A stretch of DNA of 51,556 nt from contig JAISXO010000023.1 of NCBI GenBank assembly GCA_031270475.1, positions 1 through 51,556 of the forward strand, written 5' to 3'. The notes below the pieces were generated by a model. It worked only from the letters and a program-made list of their open reading frames with translations, had not been told where the DNA came from and did no database searches. Both the position numbers and the translations under genes were made by a program. The stretch is from Puniceicoccales bacterium. GTDB taxonomy: Bacteria; Verrucomicrobiota; Verrucomicrobiia; Opitutales; LL51. Below, one piece after another: positions 25,997 through 34,913 of the stretch. The first letter of the stretch is position 1. Each line of letters starts with the position of its first letter.

Positions 25997-26737
25997 ATGG
26001 AGATTCCATTAAATCTATGCCTCGGGGAACTCATAGGACGACCCAATCGTTTTATTTTTGAGGGAATAGCGGATGGAAAAGTTCAACGGTGGCATTGTCC
26101 GGCAACGGGCAAGATTGGGCTCATTGAAAAATTCCGTGGAATTCCTTGTCTTTTTACTCCAACGGCCAACAATGGAAAGCGTACGACCCAGGGGACCGTC
26201 GAGGCAATTTCCTTAAATTCTGGAACAGATTGGATTGGGATCAATCAAAATCGAATCAATGGTTGGATCGAGTATCTTTTACGAAAAAATGCTTTTCCAG
26301 AAATGGTCGATACGGAGGGATGTTTCGTGCGCCACGAGGTTAAAATCGACGATTCGCGCATTGACCTTGTCGTTGAAAACGGTGGAAAGTGTACATTTTT
26401 AGAACTCAAGACGCCGATCCATGATCTCCTGCTTTTACCGGGCGATCGTTTTTCGCGACCGTCATCGAGCACATTTTTTGACCGTGGGTTACGTCATTTT
26501 CAAACATTAGCCCGTCTTTCCCAAGCTGGGCATCGCGCTATTGTCGCGCTATGTTTCATTTATGACGCGGTTCCTTTTTCTTCGCCGGAGAGGAATAAGT
26601 GGAATGCCAAAATTGTTGATATTATTGGAGAGGCGAACGCACTTGGTGTTGAAAATTGGCAATTTAATTTAAAAATTTCTCCTTCTGCGCTGGGTGTTGT
26701 TTCCTATAAAAAATTGGAACCGGCTATTTTGGCATAA
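25997..26737 (+). CDS. sfsA: Sugar fermentation stimulation protein homolog (SfsA family nuclease-like)
   Basis: GELIGRPNRFIFEG..DGKVQRWHCPATGKIG...IDLVVENGGKCTFLELKT. The track start at 25937 (GTG) begins 2 nt after repeat D. The ATG at 25997 gives a typical ~246-aa length. Confidence 0.8.
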   Translation: MEIPLNLCLGELIGRPNRFIFEGIADGKVQRWHCPATGKIGLIEKFRGIPCLFTPTANNGKRTTQGTVEAISLNSGTDWIGINQNRINGWIEYLLRKNAFPEMVDTEGCFVRHEVKIDDSRIDLVVENGGKCTFLELKTPIHDLLLLPGDRFSRPSSSTFFDRGLRHFQTLARLSQAGHRAIVALCFIYDAVPFSSPERNKWNAKIVDIIGEANALGVENWQFNLKISPSALGVVSYKKLEPAILA

Positions 26738-26790
26738 AAGTTCATTGATTCATTCTTGTCGGATTCTTAAAAAATGCATACTAATGGGAG

Positions 26791-28965
26791 ATGGATTTGC
26801 CAGATCGGGTTATTCGCGAACGTTTTATCCGCGAGCACGACCGCAGTTTTTCGGTTGTTGCTCCGGCGGGGACTGGCAAGACGACGGCCATAACTCGGCG
26901 CATTGTTGACATTGTTGCGCGCCAATCGATTCCTTTGGAGAAGCTGATTGTGGTGACCTATACCAATAAGGCGGCGGGGGAATTGCAGCAGCGGACACTA
27001 CTGGAGGTTCAAAAAATAGATGGAAATTTAAATTATTATAACAAAATTTTCTTTGGAACGATCCATGCTTTTGCCGACCAATTACTGAGGAAATACGGGC
27101 ATTTTATTGATATTAATCCGGATTTTGAAGTTGAAAAAGACGGGCATTTGTTGTGGGATGATTTTTTACAAAATCTCAAAGGGGGAAGTTTCATTCCGCC
27201 CATCATCGGTAAATTCGTTCCACGGGAAGCCTTATACTCGCTTGTTAGGGATCATTATCATCAAGAAATTGCGAATTTTACAACTAACTCAAAAACTTCC
27301 TTATCAAGCTGTCTTGGTCCGTTGCTCGAATATCCGGCTAAAAGTAATATGAATATCGTTCACTTTCAGGAAAATCTTCGCTATTGGTTACAAAATCAGG
27401 AGTTACCTTTTCCTAAAATCGGCACAAATTCCAAGGAATTTATTGCATTGTACGAATATTTGTTGGGGCCTTCCGAGGATGAATGTTCTCAAATTTGTGG
27501 GGATTACTTCAATGATTTAGTTCAAAAATTTGAGCAATTTCGTTTTCGCGAGGGCCGTTTTACATTTTACGATTTAATAAAATTTTCTCTCTATTTAGTA
27601 CGTCACGAAAATGCTAAAAAAATATTATGTGATTTTTTTGTTATACTCGATGAAGCCCAGGATACGGATCCGCAACAATTTGAGTTACTCCTTGGAATTG
27701 CGCAGCCACCGTCGATTATGAATGTAGATTTTTTTCACAACCCTCCCCTTCCTGGCCATTTTTGCATGGTTGGTGATCCGCAACAGTCGATTTATGCCGA
27801 TCGTGCAGACGTTGCATTTTATCAAAAAATTCATGAAACATTTATTGCAAACGGTACTTTAGAAGCGCTTCATTTTTCGGCAACTTTGCGTTTCGGGGAA
27901 AATATTATTCATCAAATTAACCAAATTTTTCCCAACATTTTAAATGGAAAAAATGGTCAGGTTTCTTTTTCGCCGCTCACTTCTGCCATCAATCAATTCT
28001 TTGGGGTAGAGAATACATTTTTCGGTCATGTTTCCGGGTGGTTATGCCTAGATACTGTGCCATTTGAAGATGAATTGTCCTTCCTTTGTCATTTTTTTCG
28101 TAAAAAAAATCCTCAAGATTTTAACCTTTCTTCATGGAGCGAAATGGCGATCCTTTGTCCGCGAAAAAATTGGTTACACGAAATTCAAAATGCATTTTTT
28201 CTGATGGCGGACATGCCCAAATTACAGCTCCATTCTGCTACGCAAACCTATGGCGAATTTCCTGAATTTTCTTGGTTTTATGCCATAATAACGGTGCTAT
28301 TTAGTCCGCAAAATCGATTCGAATTTTCTGGAATTTTACATGAAATTTTCGGATTTCCCGATGCAATCATTGCGCGCCATTTCCGGTCGGGTGCTGTGGA
28401 GGAAGTTGTTGCCATTGAAGATTTTTTTGCGGAAATTAGACTAAAATGCGTGACATTATCCCCATTACAAATACTCAATTTACTTTTTGACAAATTTGAT
28501 TTGATTGCACGTATTATTAGCATTCATGGAAATTTTTGTGATAAAATTCATAAGGAATTACAATTAATTGCCGCAGAATCCATTTGTAACGCAGATTTTC
28601 TATTCCGATTGAAAAAAAAATCTCAGGAAATTTACCAATCGGAATGGATTGAACGGGATGCTATTCAATTATACACCTTTCACAAAGCGAAGGGACTCGA
28701 ATGGCCAATTGTTATTATTCCATTTATTAATCGCAAGCAAATGCCCGTTGTACATACTTTCCCTTGCATAGTAAATCAAAAAATTGCCATTAATAAACGG
28801 CAATATGAAGAATGGTCAGACCATTGCGCTTATGTAAATAATTTACAACGCTTGCTTTACGTTGCTTTGACACGGCAGAAACGACAAGCTATTTTTATTG
28901 ACGATGGTCGGGAAATGTGTCCGAGTTCTATTGCCGCTCTCTTGGGCAAATTTGAATCAAACTAA
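26791..28965 (+). CDS. UvrD/PcrA/AddA-like superfamily 1 helicase (no nuclease domain seen)
   Basis: Walker A VVAPAGTGKTTAI, IVVTYTNKAAGEL, ILDEAQDTDPQQFELL, VGDPQQSIY, TFHKAKGLEWPIVIIP and LLYVALTRQKR. Confidence 0.8.
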   Translation: MDLPDRVIRERFIREHDRSFSVVAPAGTGKTTAITRRIVDIVARQSIPLEKLIVVTYTNKAAGELQQRTLLEVQKIDGNLNYYNKIFFGTIHAFADQLLRKYGHFIDINPDFEVEKDGHLLWDDFLQNLKGGSFIPPIIGKFVPREALYSLVRDHYHQEIANFTTNSKTSLSSCLGPLLEYPAKSNMNIVHFQENLRYWLQNQELPFPKIGTNSKEFIALYEYLLGPSEDECSQICGDYFNDLVQKFEQFRFREGRFTFYDLIKFSLYLVRHENAKKILCDFFVILDEAQDTDPQQFELLLGIAQPPSIMNVDFFHNPPLPGHFCMVGDPQQSIYADRADVAFYQKIHETFIANGTLEALHFSATLRFGENIIHQINQIFPNILNGKNGQVSFSPLTSAINQFFGVENTFFGHVSGWLCLDTVPFEDELSFLCHFFRKKNPQDFNLSSWSEMAILCPRKNWLHEIQNAFFLMADMPKLQLHSATQTYGEFPEFSWFYAIITVLFSPQNRFEFSGILHEIFGFPDAIIARHFRSGAVEEVVAIEDFFAEIRLKCVTLSPLQILNLLFDKFDLIARIISIHGNFCDKIHKELQLIAAESICNADFLFRLKKKSQEIYQSEWIERDAIQLYTFHKAKGLEWPIVIIPFINRKQMPVVHTFPCIVNQKIAINKRQYEEWSDHCAYVNNLQRLLYVALTRQKRQAIFIDDGREMCPSSIAALLGKFESN

Positions 28966-29201
28966 AGGCTGCACGCCCTTTAGAATTTCCGCCAAAGGAT
29001 CCATCCTCTGGACCGGTATTTCAGACCAGTCTATGTACAAAGGCCCGGAGCTATTTTAAAAAGGCCCGCCATCGGCGCGAAGCGCCGAGGGCAAGGCGAC
29101 TTGTCGCCCGATCCCAGTAGGGATCGGGCCTTTTTAATTCCCCGCGGCTTCGCCGCGGGGGGCTTGTGAAGAGATCAATGAATTCATGACTCTTTATGGG
29201 A
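28962..29201 (+). repeat. GC-rich multi-hairpin mosaic repeat, copy E (same orientation as D)
   Basis: CTAAAGGCTGCACGCCCTTTAGAATTTCCGCC..., then 29056-29139 colinear with 25746-25830 (TAAAAAGGCCC..GGGCAAGGCGACTTGTCGCCCGATCCCagtaGGGATCGGGCCTTTTTAAT), then CCCCGCGGC-ttc-GCCGCGGGG and the terminal TGACTCTTTATGGGA. Confidence 0.85.
29106..29135 (+). terminator. Intrinsic terminator-like hairpin inside repeat E (downstream of the helicase gene)
   Basis: GCCCGATCCC-agta-GGGATCGGGC (10-bp stem), then C and TTTTT. Confidence 0.6.
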
Positions 29202-29219
29202 TATAAATCCTCCATATTC

Positions 29220-29585
29220 TTATTGAGCCTTAAAATGGGACATGGGCGAAGTATTCATAGCCAATGCGTTGTGTGCGAGGAAGAGCTCTTTATATTCCTT
29301 CCAATTTCGCACGCGTAAAACTTGTTCCCTGGGCATCCACACGGCCAATGTAAATATTTTTTCTTTTAAATAACATGGGGCTTGGATTTGAGCGATTCGC
29401 GCCGATAGAATAAGATTTTCATTTTCAAGTTCCGCGCATTGGGCTTCAATTTTCCGCAAATTATTAGCATGTATGAAAGCTTCTTGGCGAAAATATAGCG
29501 TCCCAAATGTTGACATAAACGCGATAAATGTCGAACTTACGCCCAACGATAGGATGAGTTGATTGTTAATAAACTGTCTTTTCAT
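29220..29585 (-). CDS. ftsL: FtsL-like cell division protein
   Basis: 121 aa with a single N-terminal TM segment (LILSLGVSSTFIAFMSTFGTLYF) followed by a coiled coil (LRKIEAQCAELENENLILSARIAQIQ). It sits immediately downstream of rsmH, as in dcw clusters. Confidence 0.55.
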   Translation of the reverse strand: MKRQFINNQLILSLGVSSTFIAFMSTFGTLYFRQEAFIHANNLRKIEAQCAELENENLILSARIAQIQAPCYLKEKIFTLAVWMPREQVLRVRNWKEYKELFLAHNALAMNTSPMSHFKAQ

Positions 29586-29586
29586 T

Positions 29587-30507
29587 TTAAAATTTCTCCA
29601 ATGCTCTAAGTTTTGCCGATCGGCTGCGATGGTTATGGGTAATTTCCGCGTCCGTCGGCGCCATGGGTTTTTTGGTTAAAATTCTTGCAATGGAAGAGCG
29701 ATCATTCCATTTTTCGTGGCAATCGATTGCTTTTCCTGCTTTTTCATTAAAAAATTGCTTTACGATTCGATCTTCTAGGGAATGAAAACTGAGCGCCACC
29801 AATCGTCCATTATGTTCCAATTGTTCGAAAGCTTTGGGCAGAACGGTACGAATTTCTTCCAATTCCCTATTAACGGCAATGCGCAATCCTTGGAAGGTAC
29901 GTGTTGCCGGGTGAATTTTTTCGTGGAATTTTTTTTGGACAATTTTTGCAATGCATTCGGCGAATGTATCCGCATATTTTATCATTTCACTTCCACGCTG
30001 GGCCAAAATTGAATCAACAATTTTTCGCCAATGATGTTCCTCACCAAAATCTCGAATGGCTTCGATGAGTTGTCCGCGATCGGCCGTTGCTAAAAATTCG
30101 TGAGCTGTTAAGCCATTTTGGGGATCCATGCGCATATCCAATGGCGTGTGGTAACGAAATGAAAAACCTCGAACTTCGTCGTCGAGTTGGAGCGTAGAGA
30201 TTCCAAAATCGAAAAAAATACCCCGCAAAAGTGGCAGCGAAAGTCGATCAATCGTTGAAAATGGACCATTAAAAAATTGAAATCGATTCCCAAATTCTGC
30301 CCTTAATCGCTCGGCATGAACAGTGACTGTCGGATCTCGATCAATGGCGAATAGGGTAATATTAGGATAATTTTCGAGGAAATATCGACTATGCCCACCG
30401 CCTCCAAAGGTACAATCCAAAAAATTTCCACCGCGCTGCAAATTGAGAAACCGTGCCGTTTCATGGAGCATAATCGGAATATGAGTTGTCTCTTTTGTTC
30501 CGATCAT
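29587..30507 (-). CDS. rsmH: 16S rRNA (cytosine1402-N4)-methyltransferase
   Basis: HIPIMLHETARFL...FLDCTFGGGGHS...AIDRDP...FDFGISTLQLDD..RGFSF...SFHSLEDRIVKQFF...RSRSAKLRALEK. Confidence 0.93.
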   Translation of the reverse strand: MIGTKETTHIPIMLHETARFLNLQRGGNFLDCTFGGGGHSRYFLENYPNITLFAIDRDPTVTVHAERLRAEFGNRFQFFNGPFSTIDRLSLPLLRGIFFDFGISTLQLDDEVRGFSFRYHTPLDMRMDPQNGLTAHEFLATADRGQLIEAIRDFGEEHHWRKIVDSILAQRGSEMIKYADTFAECIAKIVQKKFHEKIHPATRTFQGLRIAVNRELEEIRTVLPKAFEQLEHNGRLVALSFHSLEDRIVKQFFNEKAGKAIDCHEKWNDRSSIARILTKKPMAPTDAEITHNHRSRSAKLRALEKF

Positions 30508-30953
30508 AGGCCTAATCCCCTGAGCACAGAAGCGACATCTTCCTGCGACTCTTTTGCTAAGTAATCATTGAAAATTCCCGGTTCCCACACACTAAACGTA
30601 CTTCCTCCACCGACAAATATCACTTCCGATTGAATTTGGGCATGTTTCAGTAACCGCTCTTCAATCTTTATACGCCCTTTATTATCGCAGGACAAAGTAT
30701 CAGCTTTGGAAAACAGTCTCGCAAGGACCATTTGCCCTTGCGTGTCGCCGAAACTAACTTCTGCAACTTTTTCTTCCAGACGCGCAATCATTTTCGGAGG
30801 ATAAACGGTAATGCAGCCGACGGGATTTGGTAGCGCTAGAAAAGTATCCGTTTCCGTGTCGGGCCTCCATTTGGCGGGCATAGCGATACGCATTTTTTCG
30901 TCCATCGAGCGAACATATTCACCAACATAGAAACTTTTTACCAATGAATTCAC
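30504..30953 (-). CDS. mraZ: Transcriptional regulator MraZ
   Basis: FYVGEYVRSMDEKMRIAMPAKWR ... DNKGRIKIEERLLKHA is the duplicated MraZ/SpoVT-AbrB motif. The track start at 31010 (GTG) lies inside the predicted operator/promoter. An in-frame GTG at 30953 gives a canonical ~149-aa MraZ. Confidence 0.85.
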   Translation of the reverse strand: MNSLVKSFYVGEYVRSMDEKMRIAMPAKWRPDTETDTFLALPNPVGCITVYPPKMIARLEEKVAEVSFGDTQGQMVLARLFSKADTLSCDNKGRIKIEERLLKHAQIQSEVIFVGGGSTFSVWEPGIFNDYLAKESQEDVASVLRGLGL

Positions 30954-30984
30954 GACTTCCTGTTTCCCCCAACCAATCCTACTG

Positions 30985-31017
30985 TCCCATAGTTTCCCAC
31001 AATTTCCCACTAGTCAA
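30985..31017 (-). promoter_or_regulatory. Putative mraZ promoter (-35 TTGACT, 17-nt spacer, AACTAT) overlapped by three 10-bp-phased GTGGGA/GTGGGA/ATGGGA direct repeats (MraZ-box-like operator)
   Basis: The minus strand reads TTGACTA GTGGGAaatt GTGGGAaact ATGGGAcagt. On the plus strand the repeat cores lie at 31005-31010, 30995-31000 and 30985-30990. Confidence 0.55.
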
Positions 31018-31154
31018 CACTTTTTTATTATCAAAAATATCCAACAAAGCAAGTTTTACTTGCGTTTAGCGGAAAAATTTTGGAGAAATATTAAAATAGT
31101 CCCATTTCCTACGAGGAATTGCAAATTTCTTGGCCTATTAACGCCTAACTATGT

Positions 31155-31225
31155 GCCTCATCCTCGTCGCGAAGCGACGAGGATGAGGCGAAAAAAGCCC
31201 CGCGGCTTCGCCCGCGGGGTTCGGG
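31155..31225. repeat. GC-rich hairpin repeat, copy F (two-hairpin short form)
   Basis: GCCTCATCCTCGTCGC-gaa-GCGACGAGGATGAGGC (16-bp stem, 31155-31189) plus CCCCGCGG-cttcgc-CCGCGGGG (31198-31219). Confidence 0.8.
31189..31219 (-). terminator. Intrinsic terminator of rpsA
   Basis: The minus strand reads CCCCGCGG-gcgaag-CCGCGGGG followed by CTTTTTTCG, 33 nt after the rpsA stop. Confidence 0.7.
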
Positions 31226-31251
31226 GAAAATATTTTTTAAAAAAAGAAAGA

Positions 31252-32928
31252 TTAAGAGTGTTCCGTGCGGTCAATATCTATTTTGTCGAAGATATCGCCC
31301 AAGCTGGTCAATTCTTGGTCGCTCTTTAATTTATCATAGGCCTTGATTTCGGCTTCGAGCGCACTGGTATCGTAATTAGCAACCTTTATGGATAGGCCGA
31401 TGCGGCGTTCATTGCGATCGATTTTAATCACACGAGCCGTAACTTCGTTGCCAATGGCCAATACGTCCTTAATTTTCTCGACATGATTTTCCGAAATTTG
31501 ACTGATATGGATCATGCCGTCGATGCCATGCTGTAGCTCGACAAATGCGCCATAGGAAGTAATTTTGACCACTTTTCCCGTCACCAAACTACTAATTTGA
31601 AAGAGCGCATCGATATTTTCCCATGGATCATTGGTCAATTGTTTCATACCGAGAGCAATGCGTTGTTGCGTGGGATCGATATCAATGACAATGGCGTCGA
31701 CGATGTCACCTTTCTTCAGGACCTCATTGGGATGATTAATTTTTTTCGTCCAACTAATATCTGAAACATGAATCATACCGTCAATGCCATCTTCCAGCTC
31801 CACAAAAGCACCGTAATTGGTAATATTTCGGATGGCTCCATGGATATGGGCACCTATGGGATAATTATGCTTCACCATTTCCCAAGGATTTTCCTCGAGC
31901 TGTTTGATACCGAGTGCAATTTTTTGACTACTTTTTTCAATGCCAATCACGACGGCTTCGATCTCACTGCCGACTTTTAATAATTCGCTGGGTTTATTAA
32001 TACGTTTTGTCCAAGACATTTCCGCCACATGGATGAGACCTTCCACTCCCGGTTCAATTTCGATAAAGGCGCCATAGGGTACAAGATTGACCACCTTTCC
32101 CTGAATTTTACTGCCAATGGGATAGCGAAATTCGATATTATCCCATGGATTATTTTTAGTCTGTTTCATACCAAGGGCGACCCGTTCCTTTTCGGGATCG
32201 ATTTCGAGGACCATGACTTCAATTTCTTCACCTACACGGACCAATTCATGGGGATGGGAAATTCTTCCCCAGGACATGTCGGTAATATGAAGGAGGCCAT
32301 CCATGCCATCAAGATCGACAAATACACCGTAATCGGTAATATTTTTAACAATACCATGACATATCGCACCGACTTGGATGTTTGACATAGCCTTTTGTCG
32401 TTTGCCTTTACGCTCTTCTTCGATGAGTTCGCGCCGAGAAATGACAATATTTTTGCGTTCTAGGTTAATTTTAACGATTTTAAAGTCATAGGTTTGGCCG
32501 AGATATTGATCGAGATTTTTAGAAGATTGGGTATCGATTTGCGATCCGGGAAGAAAAGCGTCAACACCGATATTGACGATAAGGCCGCCCTTCGTTTTCG
32601 ATTTAACTTTACCGTGAACAATCGAGCCTTCCGGACAAGTTTCAACAATGCGAGCCCAATTTTTTTTCTGTTCCGCCTTATCGAAGGAAACGATGGGATT
32701 CCCTTCTCGATCTTCAAGTTTTTCGAGAAAAATATCGATGCTTTGGCCCACAGAAAATTCATTGATATCATTGAATTCAATGGCAGGAATTTTTCCTTCC
32801 GTCTTCGTACCAATATCGACTACCACCACATTATCGCCGATTTCCGTAATAATACCGGAAACAACCGTCCCTGGAAGTAGTTCCTTGACCGGAGTCGCTT
32901 CCAGTAATTTTTCCATTATATTTGACAT
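31252..32928 (-). CDS. rpsA: 30S ribosomal protein S1
   Basis: 558 aa with six S1 (OB-fold) repeats of the pattern G.V..I..YGAFV.L..G..GL.H.S..SW. Confidence 0.95.
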   Translation of the reverse strand: MSNIMEKLLEATPVKELLPGTVVSGIITEIGDNVVVVDIGTKTEGKIPAIEFNDINEFSVGQSIDIFLEKLEDREGNPIVSFDKAEQKKNWARIVETCPEGSIVHGKVKSKTKGGLIVNIGVDAFLPGSQIDTQSSKNLDQYLGQTYDFKIVKINLERKNIVISRRELIEEERKGKRQKAMSNIQVGAICHGIVKNITDYGVFVDLDGMDGLLHITDMSWGRISHPHELVRVGEEIEVMVLEIDPEKERVALGMKQTKNNPWDNIEFRYPIGSKIQGKVVNLVPYGAFIEIEPGVEGLIHVAEMSWTKRINKPSELLKVGSEIEAVVIGIEKSSQKIALGIKQLEENPWEMVKHNYPIGAHIHGAIRNITNYGAFVELEDGIDGMIHVSDISWTKKINHPNEVLKKGDIVDAIVIDIDPTQQRIALGMKQLTNDPWENIDALFQISSLVTGKVVKITSYGAFVELQHGIDGMIHISQISENHVEKIKDVLAIGNEVTARVIKIDRNERRIGLSIKVANYDTSALEAEIKAYDKLKSDQELTSLGDIFDKIDIDRTEHS

Positions 32929-33060
32929 TTATAGGTGCTCCACAAGGGAGGGTTAAGAGGTTAAAGATAATATTACCGTAATATTATTTCGGAGTTTTAG
33001 GATTTCAAAAAATAGAATTAAGCAAGCATTAAAATACATTTCTAGTAAATTTTATTATTT

Positions 33061-33159
33061 GACGGAGAAATTTTTTTGCCAAGCTGGGCCTGAATTTTTA
33101 CATGCCGCTCGCTCCCACCCTCTACTCTCCAGCCTTGAAAAAAAATTGGTGTTTGTCAA
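33061..33159 (-). repeat. TTGACA-headed conserved module, copy 1 (about 130 nt upstream of the rpsA ATG)
   Basis: The reverse complement reads TTGACAAACACCAATTTTTTTTCAAGGCTGGAGAGTAGAGGGTGGGAGCGAGCGGCATGTAAAAATTCAGGCCCAGC. This aligns almost without gaps (a single-base indel) with 41183-41262. Confidence 0.6.
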
Positions 33160-33283
33160 ATTATTTCTTAAAATTATCGAAAAAACAAACAAACTCAAAA
33201 ATTTTTCTTGACTTTGTTTTGACATTGTACTAGGACACAAACTCTTGGTTATTTCCGTAAATAGTCGTTTCAAAATTCCGCTA

Positions 33284-34834
33284 ATGGCTTGCTTTCTTCC
33301 GCTGGCAACTGGAATATTATTGGCAAAATTTATCGGTCACGTCGAGTGGATAACCATTGCGGGGACTTTGTTCGGTGGTACTTGTTTTTGCTATTTTTTC
33401 TCTGGGCAAAAACGATTTTTGAGACACTGTTTTTTAATCAGTTTTGCAGCTATCTATGCCTTTTGTCGCTTTGAAACAACGATCACCATTGATCGGAATC
33501 AAATCTGGAACCTGACCTATGATGTCAAAATTGAGAAAATTGACCGCAAATTGGAACGCGCTAAGGTGTACGGCTATGGAAAAATCGTAAAAGTATATGA
33601 CCAAAAATACCACCCCCTGGAAGGCCATCGCATTTATTTCTATTTGAATGGAGATGAAGATTACATTTCTTCGCAAATTTTGAAGTTATCTTCGGGAATT
33701 CGTCTGCTAAAACCAGCCACATCGGAAACATTTTTTTCCTATTTAACCCAGAAAAATATCTACCTTTACGGTTATCGCGGAAAAATTTTAAAACTCATTG
33801 AGGCGGAAAATGTTTTTCAAGGTTTTTTCGCTAGAATCAATCGGATGCTACGTGATCAAATTATGGGTTATACTCAGAGATACGGCAGCCATTCTTCCGA
33901 TGGTATTCTTTACGGCATTTTACTCAGCGATAAAAAAGAACTTTCGAAAAAACAAAAAGCCAATTTTCATAATACAAGTGCGGCACATTTACTGGCGGTT
34001 AGTGGGTTGCATATCGGTATGATCGGTTTCGCTTTGGACCTATTATTGCGCTGTTTTTTTCTGAAAAAATCATGGCGACGCTGGCCAATCATTGGGATTT
34101 TATTATTTTACGTCGGAGCCATTGGATTTCCACCGTCGGCGGTTCGGGCATGGCTCATGTTATCTTGTTTTTGGAGCGCTGGGTTTTGTCTGCGAAAATC
34201 GTCGGGCCTATCTTCGCTTCTATTGGCTGCAATTTTGACACTGCTCTATGATCCCATACTCCTCTTCGACATTGGATTTCAACTTTCCTACGGTGTCGTA
34301 GCCATGTTACTTCTTCTCGCAACGCCGCTTCGACAAATTATTTTATGGTTTTTTCGTAAATTACGTCGCAATATATTCCCGATGATAAGATCCAGTAAAA
34401 TACAGCGATTATCATGGAAGACGGCGGAGTTGCTATCCATTTCGATGGCAGCGACCCTAGCGAGTGCACCTTTGACTTTCGAATACTTCAACATGTTTAG
34501 TTTAACGGGGATTCTTCTTAATCCGATTGTCATACAAATGGCACTTCCTACCGTTGTCTGTGGTTTTTTATTTTTATTACTCGGTATTTTACATTTAGAA
34601 TGGTTTGTCGGAAACATATTATTTTTGCTCGCGCGTGCGGGTGTATCCTCAATTGATTTGCTATTATTCCTCTCGGAACAATACATTCCTTGGCATATTG
34701 AGTTTTTGACAAAGCCGAATGGCATTGGCCTATGGTTTTTCGCAATTGTTGTCGTCATAGCACTAAAAATTCACGAAGCTCACAAAAATTTCCAATGGCA
34801 ACGCATTCACCGAAGAATTTTTGAGAAAACATAA
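33284..34834 (+). CDS. comEC: ComEC/Rec2-family DNA internalisation channel protein (no C-terminal metallo-beta-lactamase domain seen)
   Basis: Polytopic membrane protein with the motif TSAAHLLAVSGLHIGMIG. The first ATG is at 33284 (the track TTG start is at 33245). Confidence 0.78.
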   Translation: MACFLPLATGILLAKFIGHVEWITIAGTLFGGTCFCYFFSGQKRFLRHCFLISFAAIYAFCRFETTITIDRNQIWNLTYDVKIEKIDRKLERAKVYGYGKIVKVYDQKYHPLEGHRIYFYLNGDEDYISSQILKLSSGIRLLKPATSETFFSYLTQKNIYLYGYRGKILKLIEAENVFQGFFARINRMLRDQIMGYTQRYGSHSSDGILYGILLSDKKELSKKQKANFHNTSAAHLLAVSGLHIGMIGFALDLLLRCFFLKKSWRRWPIIGILLFYVGAIGFPPSAVRAWLMLSCFWSAGFCLRKSSGLSSLLLAAILTLLYDPILLFDIGFQLSYGVVAMLLLLATPLRQIILWFFRKLRRNIFPMIRSSKIQRLSWKTAELLSISMAATLASAPLTFEYFNMFSLTGILLNPIVIQMALPTVVCGFLFLLLGILHLEWFVGNILFLLARAGVSSIDLLLFLSEQYIPWHIEFLTKPNGIGLWFFAIVVVIALKIHEAHKNFQWQRIHRRIFEKT

Positions 34835-34913
34835 TCTACCGTTCCCAAAGGATTGTGGTTTGATTTTTACAATACCTGCAACCATCGGAAACGGGTAAAT
34901 TTTTTTAGTCTAT

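Noticed and set aside
33208-33240. TTGACT / TTGACA boxes upstream of comEC as a promoter
   Set aside because: No acceptable -10 hexamer lies at 16-18 nt from either box, so no promoter is called.
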